Shown: one piece after another, positions 17,318 through 25,951 of the stretch
Layout: every line of letters begins with the position of its first letter
How positions within the stretch are numbered: the first letter of the stretch is position 1
Assembly: GCA_003557725.1 (NCBI GenBank)
Contig: PWNQ01000041.1
Location: forward strand, 8,481 to 72,480
Source of the DNA: Bacteroidales bacterium
GTDB lineage: Bacteria > Bacteroidota > Bacteroidia > Bacteroidales > PWNQ01
Length of the DNA: 64,000 nucleotides
Reading direction: 5' to 3'
The notes under the pieces: generated by a model
Seen by the model: the letters and a program-made list of their open reading frames with translations, nothing else
What the model was told of the DNA's origin: nothing
Databases searched by the model: none
Program-made: the position numbers and the translations under genes

Positions 17318-18409
17318 ATGGAATCCGGAAACTTCAGGGTAATTGGGCTAATGTCCGGGACTTCTCTTGACGGGCTGGATATAGCTTGCTGTGACTTCAG
17401 CAAGTCATCCGGTAAGTGGACATTCAGCCTCCTTAAAGCTTGCACCAGAGAGTATTCAGACGATTGGCGCAGAAAGTTAACAGATGCACACCTTATGAGT
17501 GCAGAGGGCTTATTGAAGCTGGATGTGGAGTATGGAAGGTTTTTGGGTCAAAGGGTTAATGATTTTTTGGAGGGCGGCAGTCTTAATGTTGAGTTGGTTG
17601 GCTCTCATGGACACACTGTGTTTCATTCACCCCAACAAGGCCTATCGTATCAGCTGGGTTTTGGGAAAGCCATAGCCTTCCGGTGTGGGTTGCCCGTTGT
17701 TTCTGACTTTCGGATGGATGATGTGCTGGCTGGCGGGCAGGGCGCCCCTTTGGTGCCGGCCGGAGATTATTACCTGTTTGGCGATTACCCGTATTGCCTT
17801 AATCTGGGAGGATTTGCCAATATTTCTGAAAAAAAACACCAGGGGATCACCGCCTTTGATATATGCCCGGTGAACTTTGTGATGAATAGGCTGGCGGCCA
17901 AAAAGGGACAAAAAATGGACCGGGATGGGGCTCTGGCGAAAGAGGGAAAAACCCATCCCAAGCTTTTAAAAGCATTGAATGCACTGGATTACTATAAACA
18001 AACACCACCCAAGTCTCTGGGAAGAGAATGGGTGGTGCGGTTTGTGGATCCTTTGCTTTCCAGGTTTTGTATGTCCGCAGAGGACGCATTATCCACTTAT
18101 GTGGAGCATGTTAGCCACCAGATCGCGGCAGTGCTGAATCAACAAAAGCAGAATAAGCAGGTGCTTGTTACCGGAGGTGGCGCAAAAAATGGATATCTGG
18201 TACAACGGATCACTGAAAAAACCAGGCATCAGATTATTATTCCGGACCAAAAGGTTATTGACTACAAGGAGGCTGTGGTTTTTGCTTTTCTTGCTCTCCT
18301 CAGGCATTTAGGGGAGATCAATATTTTTTCCTCAGCCACCGGCGCCGGCAGGGATACTTCAGCCGGCACTCTGTTTATGCCCGGCAAGGGGCATTCCAGG
18401 TTGCCTTGA
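17318..18409 (+). CDS. anmK: Anhydro-N-acetylmuramic acid kinase
   Basis: VIGLMSGTSLDGLDIA N-terminus, DFRMDDVLAGGQGAPLVP and NLGGFANIS motifs. Confidence 0.9.
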   Translation: MESGNFRVIGLMSGTSLDGLDIACCDFSKSSGKWTFSLLKACTREYSDDWRRKLTDAHLMSAEGLLKLDVEYGRFLGQRVNDFLEGGSLNVELVGSHGHTVFHSPQQGLSYQLGFGKAIAFRCGLPVVSDFRMDDVLAGGQGAPLVPAGDYYLFGDYPYCLNLGGFANISEKKHQGITAFDICPVNFVMNRLAAKKGQKMDRDGALAKEGKTHPKLLKALNALDYYKQTPPKSLGREWVVRFVDPLLSRFCMSAEDALSTYVEHVSHQIAAVLNQQKQNKQVLVTGGGAKNGYLVQRITEKTRHQIIIPDQKVIDYKEAVVFAFLALLRHLGEINIFSSATGAGRDTSAGTLFMPGKGHSRLP

Positions 18410-18420
18410 GATAGGGAATG

Positions 18421-18918
18421 TTATCTTCTGCGGCCTCCTCTTGGGCTGCCGTAGTCACAACCCCGACTGCCCGGCTTGTTGCCTCTTCCCATTCTGGATT
18501 TATTGCCTTGCCGGGAATCAAAAAACACCTGTTGCTCTTTGGTTAGCAGCTCACGGATTTGCTCCCGGTGCCGCAATGAACTTTTCATCATCTCTGCTTT
18601 TACTGCAGCCAACTCATCCGTTAGCGCTTCAGCCCTGGATGGGTTTCTGTTTTCTCCGGTGGTTAATGCACGGATTTCCATGCGTAGTTGGTCAACCCGG
18701 TTACGGTAGTTGGTGCGCTCTTCCATATGCACCAACCGTAAGGCACGGATCTTTTCCGTTTGCTCTTCCGATAAATCCGGAATATTCATGCATGTCCCCC
18801 GGGGTTCTCCGGAAAATGATGCTCCCTGGGGATTGCCTCGCTGTGCCATTGCGCTTACAGAGAATATCATGAGCGTTAGCAAGGTTAAAAATACTTTTGC
18901 TTTTGATTTCATAATCAT
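18421..18918 (-). CDS. Periplasmic Spy/CpxP-like (LTXXQ) stress protein
   Basis: Signal peptide. Helical protein with LSEEQ and LTKEQQ (LTXXQ-type) motifs and a basic G/R tail. Last gene of the ECF sigma operon. Confidence 0.6.
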   Translation of the reverse strand: MIMKSKAKVFLTLLTLMIFSVSAMAQRGNPQGASFSGEPRGTCMNIPDLSEEQTEKIRALRLVHMEERTNYRNRVDQLRMEIRALTTGENRNPSRAEALTDELAAVKAEMMKSSLRHREQIRELLTKEQQVFFDSRQGNKSRMGRGNKPGSRGCDYGSPRGGRRR

Positions 18919-18964
18919 ACTTTTTTTGAGGTTATTAAAATATTAGTGAGTTGGTTAATTCTGG

Positions 18965-19528
18965 TTACTGTTGTTTGGGTCTTTGGCTCCTTTGGTCATG
19001 GCGGTGTTTACGCCGGTCACCTTTACTTCTATTTTTATGCATGGCCGCACTCCGGAGAAATTCATTGACAGCTTCCACTTGTTGGGGGCTATTAGCCAAA
19101 TCTTTGATCTTCTGAAAGTGGTCCATAGTATGGATATGGATCTGGCTGTACAGGGTGCCAATCTCATGGGCATATTCATACACCTGTTCCTGATTTTCTT
19201 CATGGTTTGCTACCAGTTCAGTTTGCCTGGTTCTGAGTTGCCTGATGGAATCGGTGAGTCTTCTCATGATGGCATGGTGTTGGACCCTTAGCTCTTCCAT
19301 TTGTTGCATTTGTTCATCATCAAATCCAAAGCGGTTTTGAAGCCGGTCTGCCCTGTATGGCCTTTCCGACCGCAGGCTGTCCGTGGTGGGTTGAGGGGCG
19401 GTGACCTCCTCTATCTTAGTGGAAGGGCTGACCTTATCGTACAACAGGTAGCCGATCATCCCCAGGTTTAATATGGCCAGGATAATCACAAGGGCCAGTA
19501 ATAGTTGCTTTTGTCTGTATATTTCCAT
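18965..19528 (-). CDS. Membrane-anchored periplasmic helical protein (LTXXQ-like, heavy-metal-sensor-like)
   Basis: N-terminal TM helix LLLALVIILAILNLGMIGYLL. Helical body with FDDEQMQQMEELR. Lies in the operon between the anti-sigma gene and the Spy-like gene. Confidence 0.5.
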   Translation of the reverse strand: MEIYRQKQLLLALVIILAILNLGMIGYLLYDKVSPSTKIEEVTAPQPTTDSLRSERPYRADRLQNRFGFDDEQMQQMEELRVQHHAIMRRLTDSIRQLRTRQTELVANHEENQEQVYEYAHEIGTLYSQIHIHTMDHFQKIKDLANSPQQVEAVNEFLRSAAMHKNRSKGDRRKHRHDQRSQRPKQQ

Positions 19529-19532
19529 GAGT

Positions 19533-19970
19533 TTAGTGGGTTGCTGTTAAAAAATAATAGTCATTGTCTGCCAATTCTTCATCCAGTTCATGGAAGTAGC
19601 GTTCAAAAAAAGGCTCTTCTCCGGCATATTGCGTGGGTTGCTTCTGGCCGGAAGTATACAGTAGTGTAAGGGATGTGCTTGCGAGCATGAAAAGGATTAC
19701 TGCGGCAATACGACGGACAAAACTTATGAAGTGAAGGCTGTGCCTGACAGGGTATTTTTCGCCGGGCGGAAGGCTGGAAAGACGTTCAAAAAAGCCATCC
19801 GAAGGAGAAACGGGCTCTCCGGCCTGCTCATAAACCGGCTTGATCTTTTCCATCAGCGATTTGCAGGATGAGCACTGCCCCAAATGTGTCTCCAGACCCT
19901 CCTTTTCGCCAGGGGATATCTCCTGGTCCAGGTAGAATAACAGGTGTGTATGTACAAAATGGCAATTCAT
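19533..19970 (-). CDS. Anti-sigma factor (zf-HC2 type, single TM)
   Basis: Starting at ATG 19968-19970: MNCHFVHTHLLFYLDQEISPGEKEGLETHLGQCSSCKSL (H-x3-C-x2-C zinc motif) with a TM helix AAVILFMLASTSLTLL. Directly downstream of the ECF sigma gene. Confidence 0.65.
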   Translation of the reverse strand: MNCHFVHTHLLFYLDQEISPGEKEGLETHLGQCSSCKSLMEKIKPVYEQAGEPVSPSDGFFERLSSLPPGEKYPVRHSLHFISFVRRIAAVILFMLASTSLTLLYTSGQKQPTQYAGEEPFFERYFHELDEELADNDYYFLTATH

Positions 19971-20018
19971 AGTTGATAGGTTATATAGGTATGACAATAA
20001 CAATGAATAAAACTTGCT

Positions 20019-20582
20019 CTAAGTGGTGTAATAGTGGATCAATTTTTTCTGAAGGTTTATTTTTGCCCTGTGAATCAATGACTCTACGGAAGAAAGGGAG
20101 GTGTTCATCACCTGTGCTATTTCTTTATAGGGCAGCCCGTCATATTTATGCAGGATAAATGCCGTCTTTTGCAACTCCGGGAGGGTATCCATAGCGGTAT
20201 GCAGAATATGGCGTCTTTCCAGGTTTTCGCTGATGGCATCCGGGCTCTTTGCATGACCCCACATGGTTCTTTCCCCCCCGGGTATTAGTGAACCGGAAAG
20301 CTGTTCCCTTTTTTTATTCTTTTTAAGCTGGTTAATGGATTTATTTACGGTGATCCGGTATAGCCAGGTAGAAACGCTTGAGTCTCCCCTGAATTTATTA
20401 ATGGAATGGAATGCCTCCAGGAACACTTCCTGTGTCAGGTCTTCAGCGTCTGTGCGGTTATTAAAAAACCCAAAAGCAGTTGAATAGACCATTTGGCCAT
20501 AAGTCTTTACAAGTGTGGCATATGCTTTTTCATCACCCTGTTGCAGGGCGTGGATCAATTCTCCCGGGGCTTGCATAATCAA
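20019..20582 (-). CDS. ECF-type RNA polymerase sigma-70 factor
   Basis: Region 2 (DAEDLTQEVFLEAF, STWLYRITVNKSIN) and region 4 (YKEIAQVMNTSLSSVESLIHRAK). Confidence 0.9.
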   Translation of the reverse strand: MIMQAPGELIHALQQGDEKAYATLVKTYGQMVYSTAFGFFNNRTDAEDLTQEVFLEAFHSINKFRGDSSVSTWLYRITVNKSINQLKKNKKREQLSGSLIPGGERTMWGHAKSPDAISENLERRHILHTAMDTLPELQKTAFILHKYDGLPYKEIAQVMNTSLSSVESLIHRAKINLQKKLIHYYTT

Positions 20583-20696
20583 AATTGGGTTTTTATGTAT
20601 GACAAGTTGGGGAAAGATAACTTGTGCCCCAATGCAAAATTACCCGTGTTATTAAAACCGGCGTTGGCAAGCGGACGGCTAACAGTCCATGGGTTA

Positions 20697-21131
20697 TCAG
20701 TTGGAGATGTATAAGTTGTTACCAGTATAATGGGTTCGGTAGGTTTTTAATCCGCGGGTGGCCGGCCCCTCAAAAACGGAACCATCCAGCAGCAGGTAAC
20801 GGGATAAACAGGTGGAGTCAATCATGGTAAGACCGTTATCCTCCACGACAACACGGGCATGCTGCTTGTGATGGTCGTAAGGACAGGCTCGCTCATATGC
20901 CCTGAAATCATCCTGTGACATACGATATACAATGATCCCCCGGTACCCACCGGTAATATAAATGTGGTTCCCGATAATGCTGAGATCTCCATATAACGTT
21001 GAGGACAGATCTAGGTTTATGCTCACATGTACATTGGGAACAGGATCCTGAAACTCCTTGTCACAGTGTGGAAGAAGCACGGCAAGAAGAATAATCGCCG
21101 GTTTAAAAAAATATTTGTATCTTTCAGCCAT
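20697..21131 (-). CDS. Hypothetical lipoprotein
   Basis: ORF with the signal/lipobox-like region AILLAVLLPHCD. No confident family assignment. Confidence 0.5.
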   Translation of the reverse strand: MAERYKYFFKPAIILLAVLLPHCDKEFQDPVPNVHVSINLDLSSTLYGDLSIIGNHIYITGGYRGIIVYRMSQDDFRAYERACPYDHHKQHARVVVEDNGLTMIDSTCLSRYLLLDGSVFEGPATRGLKTYRTHYTGNNLYISN

Positions 21132-21239
21132 GAAACCGATGGGTTTTTATGGAGTCTGCTTGTAAAGGAGTATGCTTATATGGCAACCCCTGATTACCTA
21201 TAGGGTACCTGGGTGAGCCGTTAATGTAAATAAGGCGTA

Positions 21240-21256
21240 ATGAAATCATATTTCAT
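21240..21256. promoter_or_regulatory. Perfect palindrome ATGAAAT-CAT-ATTTCAT upstream of the lipoprotein/kinase/regulator operon
   Basis: 7-bp arms with a 3-bp centre, 80 nt upstream of ATG 21337. A CCGTTAATG box lies at 21218-21226. Confidence 0.25.
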
Positions 21257-21336
21257 TGGGTAAGCAAACACTAATTACTGAACGACACGGCGAAAATATT
21301 ATTTTAGCATAGCCGTTTAAAAGAAAATATATATTT

Positions 21337-21681
21337 ATGTTACGCATATTGTTAAAGTCCATGCTCCTGTTTATTATTTGCTTGCCACTGGTTACATACA
21401 CCGCTTGCAATGCCACACGGCAATCCAGTAGTGCCAGGGAGAAAACAGAGCAAAGACAAAGGGAGCAGGCCGAGAGGCAGAGGCAGGAGTATCAGGAGCG
21501 AAAAGAGAGACACCTGGAAATTCAAAGCGATGATTCCCGGGCACGAATGAAAGACATGCAGAAAAAATCGGAGCGGTATAACTATAATAAGAAGCGATTT
21601 TTTCTGGCCCGCTGGTGGGATCAGGTGGTCCATAAAATACGGATAAGGCAGGGAAGAAGGCCGCAAAGAGGACATTTATAG
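21337..21681 (+). CDS. Small charged lipoprotein (hypothetical)
   Basis: Lipobox VTYTAC followed by an E/R/Q-rich helical region. Ends 19 nt before the sensor kinase gene, so it is probably co-transcribed. Confidence 0.5.
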   Translation: MLRILLKSMLLFIICLPLVTYTACNATRQSSSAREKTEQRQREQAERQRQEYQERKERHLEIQSDDSRARMKDMQKKSERYNYNKKRFFLARWWDQVVHKIRIRQGRRPQRGHL

Positions 21682-21699
21682 AGGTTTAAACAAAATAAT

Positions 21700-24600
21700 A
21701 TGAGCAGATTCCTGCTGCTTACGTTTTATTTGGTGTATGCTTTTACACCATGGCTTCATGCACAGGAGGGGCCGGTATACTCACAACACTACGCTACGGA
21801 AGTGGTTAAGAGTGAGCAAGGCCTTTCTCAAAACTCCGTGAGAAGCATTTTTCAGGATTCCAGAGGGCTTATGTGGTTTGGCACCTGGGACGGGCTGAAC
21901 CGGTTTAACGGACTTTCATTTCATATTATCCGTTCAGACTTCTGGGGAGAACCGGGACATTTATCCAATCATACTATTAATGTAATCTATGAAGATCACC
22001 ATAATTATTTGTGGATTGGAACGGATTATGGTCTGAATCGACTTGACCCAAAGACCATGGCGTTTAAGGCCTATTTTCATGAGCCAGGCAACCCTGAAAG
22101 CCTTCCCAGTGACACAATAAAAGCCATTGCCAGCGACCGGCAGGGTAATCTGTGGATTGGAACACAGCAGGGACTGGTTAAGCTTGTAGATGAGACGGGA
22201 AAATTCCTGCGGGTCGTTCCCGGTGAGGGAAATGATGCTCGCTCTGCCCAGGTGAGAACACTGTTCTCAGACTCCCGTGGCAGGCTATGGATAGGTACCG
22301 CTAAAGGACTGTTTTTGAAGGAAAAGAATAACCATGGCATTGGTCGTATTACAGACCCTCACAGCAATGAATGCCCTTTGATATCACCGGGAATTAACGT
22401 GGTGAGGCAAGTGGGAAGTCAGTTGATTATGGTGGGAACGGAAGAAGGTATATCCATTTTAGATTTTCAAGGGGCCTGCCAGGGGCATATTACTCCTCAA
22501 AACTCAAAAGGACAGCTTAAAGACCCATATATCATGGACCTTTGCCCCGACCAGAGTGGCAAGGTGTGGATTGCTACCTCCGGTGGAGGAATATCCTTTT
22601 ATTATCCCCAGACAGGTAAGGTGCGAAGCCTGGACCAGGTTCCCGGGTATGCCGCCGTTAATGAAGCTTTTGTCAATAGAATATATGAAGATGAGCAAGG
22701 GATTATTTGGATTGGATATGCCTGGAAAGGTCTGGCGAAAGTGGTACCCGCACGAAAGTTCTTTAATCGTTATTCTAAAGGCGAACTGCCGGGAGAAGGA
22801 CTGGTCGGAAGCTCCGTTTGGGCTGTAAATGAGGTGGCACCCAATACATTCTATGTGGCAACAGACAGAGGAATTAGTGTGCTGGAAAGCGGAAAAGGGA
22901 TAGTTAACAACCTTACTACATATGACGGTTTGAGCACTAATCATATACGAAGCTTATTGAAGTGCAGGAATGATGCAATATGGGTGGGAACCAATGACAG
23001 AGGACTGATCCGGATTAGCCGGGAAAAGGGAGATACTACACTGGAATTCTTTGGAAATAAAGCTAATGGAAGGTATAAAGAGTTGTATAATAACGTTATC
23101 ACCGGATTGCTTCAGGATGGACCTGGCTACATATGGGCTGCTACCAATTATGGTCTTTACCGATTTCATCCCGACAGTATGAGTGAATCGTTTACGGCTT
23201 TCCTGCATGAACCCAATAATACGGCTTCTATCAGCCATAATATGGTATATAGCGTTTTTGAAGATGACAGAAATACCATCTGGCTGGGAACCTATAACGG
23301 ACTCAATAAATACAATAGAGAAACGGGGGTGTTTACAGCCTATAAACATATTACCGGGGATCCTAATAGTATATCAACCAATAGGATATTTGGAATCAGC
23401 CAGGATGAAAGCGGCACCCTGTGGGTGGGAACCATGGGAGGAGGCCTTAATAAAATGGATCCCATAACAGAAAAATTCAGCCACTATGTGCATACCCACG
23501 GGCTTGCCAATAACGTGGTCTATAATATTATCCCCGATGAAATGGGGTACTTGTGGCTCAGTACCAACAGGGGACTTTCCAGATTCTCCCCGGGAAATGA
23601 GCAGTTTGTAAACTTCGATGTTAATGATGGCATCCAGGGATATGAGTTTAACCTGGGAGCAGCATTTAAAAGCAGCGATGAAAAGATCTTTTTCGGGGGA
23701 ATGAACGGACTGAACTCCTTTTATGCGCTGGAAGTAAAAAGAAACCAGTACATCCCCAAGCTGGTGATCACCAATGTAAGTGTTTATAATCAAAAACTCA
23801 ATAAAACGCTGGAGGATGGGGATACCATTATTTTGTCTCATAAAGATAATTTTATATCATTGGAATTTGCTGCTTTGGATTATACCAACCCGGTGAAAAA
23901 CCAGTATAAATACCGGTTAAAGAATGTTTCCCGTCAATGGATCCATGTCTCACCGCCAAAAAATACGGCAGAGTTTACCAAGTTGCCTCCCGGGGAATAT
24001 GAGTTTTTTTTAAAAGGCAGCAATAGTGACGGAATATGGAATGAACAGGGCATGCGGGTGTATATCATTATCGAGCCGGCCTGGCACCAGACCAGACTTT
24101 TTCGGTTTGGCAGTGCAACATTGATCCTATTGCTGGTGCTTTTTGCTGTTGCCTGGAGGATCGGACAAATCAGAAAAGAACAGCAAGCCGAAAGGCAAAT
24201 CTTTGAGCTGGAGAGAAAAGCGCTAAGGCTTCAAATGAACCCCCATTTTATTTTTAATACCCTGAACTCCATCCAAAGCTTTGTTTTGAAACGAGAAAAG
24301 AAAGCCGCCGTATCTTATCTGAATAAGTTTTCCAAAATGATACGGCAGGTATTATATAACTCTGATAAAAGCTTTGTGCTGTTATCCGACGAGATGGTAT
24401 TGCTGAAGAATTATATAGAGCTGGAGAGGCTACGCTTTGATTCAGGATTCGATTATGAATTTTATGTGGACCCCGGTGTGGATGATGACTTTATATCTAT
24501 TCCACCCATGCTTATTCAACCGCATGTGGAAAATGCCATCCTTCATGGGCTTATCCCCCTAAGGGACAAAGGTGGCGTGCTCACCGTTTCTTTTTTGCAA

Positions 24601-24849
24601 AATAGCCGGCAAACCATTAAATGCGTGGTGGATGACAATGGCATCGGAAGAGAAGCGGCAGGGAAAATAAAAAAACAATCCAAAAACAAATACCGGTCAA
24701 GGGGTATTAGTATCACCAGGGAACGCCTAAACAGAATTAATGAGATGTACAACCATGAGTTGTCGGTGGACATAGAGGATAAATACCATAGGGACGGCAC
24801 CCCGGCCGGCACAAAAGTGACGCTGATCATACCGGTGAAAAATGAATAA
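21700..24849 (+). CDS. Sensor histidine kinase with periplasmic two-component-regulator propeller/Y_Y_Y domain and a LytS-type His_kinase core
   Basis: Repeated beta-propeller motifs (LWIGT, GLNRF, GLSRF). TM helix ATLILLLVLFAVAW. NPHFIFNTLNSIQSF (LytS-type histidine kinase motif) and a C-terminal HATPase region (DDNGIG). Confidence 0.9.
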   Translation: MSRFLLLTFYLVYAFTPWLHAQEGPVYSQHYATEVVKSEQGLSQNSVRSIFQDSRGLMWFGTWDGLNRFNGLSFHIIRSDFWGEPGHLSNHTINVIYEDHHNYLWIGTDYGLNRLDPKTMAFKAYFHEPGNPESLPSDTIKAIASDRQGNLWIGTQQGLVKLVDETGKFLRVVPGEGNDARSAQVRTLFSDSRGRLWIGTAKGLFLKEKNNHGIGRITDPHSNECPLISPGINVVRQVGSQLIMVGTEEGISILDFQGACQGHITPQNSKGQLKDPYIMDLCPDQSGKVWIATSGGGISFYYPQTGKVRSLDQVPGYAAVNEAFVNRIYEDEQGIIWIGYAWKGLAKVVPARKFFNRYSKGELPGEGLVGSSVWAVNEVAPNTFYVATDRGISVLESGKGIVNNLTTYDGLSTNHIRSLLKCRNDAIWVGTNDRGLIRISREKGDTTLEFFGNKANGRYKELYNNVITGLLQDGPGYIWAATNYGLYRFHPDSMSESFTAFLHEPNNTASISHNMVYSVFEDDRNTIWLGTYNGLNKYNRETGVFTAYKHITGDPNSISTNRIFGISQDESGTLWVGTMGGGLNKMDPITEKFSHYVHTHGLANNVVYNIIPDEMGYLWLSTNRGLSRFSPGNEQFVNFDVNDGIQGYEFNLGAAFKSSDEKIFFGGMNGLNSFYALEVKRNQYIPKLVITNVSVYNQKLNKTLEDGDTIILSHKDNFISLEFAALDYTNPVKNQYKYRLKNVSRQWIHVSPPKNTAEFTKLPPGEYEFFLKGSNSDGIWNEQGMRVYIIIEPAWHQTRLFRFGSATLILLLVLFAVAWRIGQIRKEQQAERQIFELERKALRLQMNPHFIFNTLNSIQSFVLKREKKAAVSYLNKFSKMIRQVLYNSDKSFVLLSDEMVLLKNYIELERLRFDSGFDYEFYVDPGVDDDFISIPPMLIQPHVENAILHGLIPLRDKGGVLTVSFLQNSRQTIKCVVDDNGIGREAAGKIKKQSKNKYRSRGISITRERLNRINEMYNHELSVDIEDKYHRDGTPAGTKVTLIIPVKNE

Positions 24850-24868
24850 TCCATAAACCTGGAAACAA

Positions 24869-25618
24869 ATGATAATTAATGCTGTAATTATTGATGATGA
24901 AAAGCACTCCCGGGCCACTTTGCAAGACATGATCCAGGAGTATTGCCCTGAAGTTCACATCGCCGGAATGGCTGATGGTTGTGAATCAGGAGTAGAGATC
25001 ATTGAAAAATGTAAACCCGGACTGGTGTTTCTGGATATCCAGATGCCTGATGGAAGCGGTTTTCGTGTGCTGGAGCAAACCAAAGAGAGAAACTTTGAGG
25101 TGATCTTTACCACTGCATACGACTCCTTTGCCATTAAAGCATTTAAATATAGTGCGCTGGATTACTTGCTAAAGCCAATTGACGGAATAGAACTGCAGAA
25201 TGCCGTGGAAAAAGCCGTGCAAAGAAAAACCAACTCCTCAGGAGCCGCCGTGGAAATGCTACTGGAAAACCTCAAACGGAAAGAAAAACCCGGAAAGATC
25301 GTGCTGTCCACCTTTAAAGGCCTGCACGTAGTGGAAATCAGTCAGATTGTCCGGTGTAAAAGTGAAGATTATTATACCCGGTTCTTCTTTAAAGATAAAA
25401 CAGAACTGCTTGTATCCAAAACACTTAAAGAGTACGAAAGCATCCTGGAAGATCATCAATTTATCAGACCACATAAATCACACCTTATTAATATAGAGTT
25501 TGTAAAAAACTATATGAAATCTGACGGAGGGTATATCCTGCTTGCCGATGGTTCCAGAATACCTGTGGCCCGTAGAAAAAAGGACGGGATAGTTAAGTTG
25601 CTTAAAGAGCTTGAGTAA
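24869..25618 (+). CDS. LytTR-family response regulator
   Basis: Receiver domain (IIDDE, LVFLDIQMPDGSG, DYLLKP) with a C-terminal LytTR DNA-binding domain (FIRPHKSHLINIEFV, RIPVARRKK). Starts 20 nt after the kinase gene. Confidence 0.9.
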   Translation: MIINAVIIDDEKHSRATLQDMIQEYCPEVHIAGMADGCESGVEIIEKCKPGLVFLDIQMPDGSGFRVLEQTKERNFEVIFTTAYDSFAIKAFKYSALDYLLKPIDGIELQNAVEKAVQRKTNSSGAAVEMLLENLKRKEKPGKIVLSTFKGLHVVEISQIVRCKSEDYYTRFFFKDKTELLVSKTLKEYESILEDHQFIRPHKSHLINIEFVKNYMKSDGGYILLADGSRIPVARRKKDGIVKLLKELE

Positions 25619-25637
25619 CAAGGTGGCGGTTGCTGCT

Positions 25638-25742
25638 CCCAACGATAAAGGGTGAATCCGCTGAAAATCAGATGCAAATAAGGGTCCGGGGCAAAGTTTA
25701 TCTTCAGTAGATGTGAAAAATCTGTGCCTTTAGACCGGACTC
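25638..25742. repeat. 5'-truncated copy of the repeat family (right two-thirds, retains the right terminal repeat)
   Basis: TAAAGGGTGAAtCCGCTGAAAATCAG...GGGGCAAAG...CTTCAGtaGATGTGAAAAATcTGTGccTTTAGACcGGACTC aligns base by base with 12412-12507. Starts 20 nt after the LytTR gene stop. Confidence 0.55.
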
Positions 25743-25783
25743 AAGAGTAATAAGGTCAGTATGGAAGAGGACCATTTAATAAA

Positions 25784-25848
25784 CCCGGGGTGTTTTTTCT
25801 CAAATACTCTGGATAGATTTATATCTTTGCCGGGTGTTTTTTCAAATA
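25784..25848 (+). repeat. About 20-bp direct repeat CCGGG(G)TGTTTTTT(C)TCAAATA, two copies
   Basis: cccggggtgttttttctcaaata (25784-25806) and ccgggtgttttttcaaata (25830-25848). The copies flank the TATCTTTG box at 25822-25829. Confidence 0.4.
25822..25829 (+). promoter_or_regulatory. -7 box TATCTTTG between the LytTR gene and the acidic-protein gene
   Basis: Exact TAnnTTTG match. A weaker TATTTTTA at 25913-25920 lies closer to ATG 25952. Confidence 0.35.
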
Positions 25849-25849
25849 G

Positions 25850-25902
25850 ACCGTTAACTGATTGAAAAGGCCCGTTAACTGGATTTAATACCATTTAACG
25901 GG
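25850..25902 (+). promoter_or_regulatory. LytTR-type operator candidate: two direct CCGTTAACTG repeats plus one inverted copy
   Basis: The 9-mers ACCGTTAAC (25850-25858) and CCCGTTAAC (25871-25879) are separated by a 12-bp spacer. The 10-mer CCGTTAACTG is identical in both copies. An inverted near-copy, CCATTTAACGGG (25891-25902), is the reverse complement of CCCGTTAAaTGG. Located 230 nt after the LytTR regulator gene and 50-100 nt before ATG 25952. Confidence 0.45.
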
Positions 25903-25951
25903 AAGTTCGTTGTATTTTTACACCAAAATTCAGGCGTTGTTATGCGCCATC

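Noticed and set aside
21400-21560. Apparent DNA repetitiveness (cagag/gagag/caggag) in the 21337-21681 gene
   Set aside because: This is purine-rich codon bias encoding an E/R/Q-rich helix. It is not a tandem DNA repeat with a defined unit.
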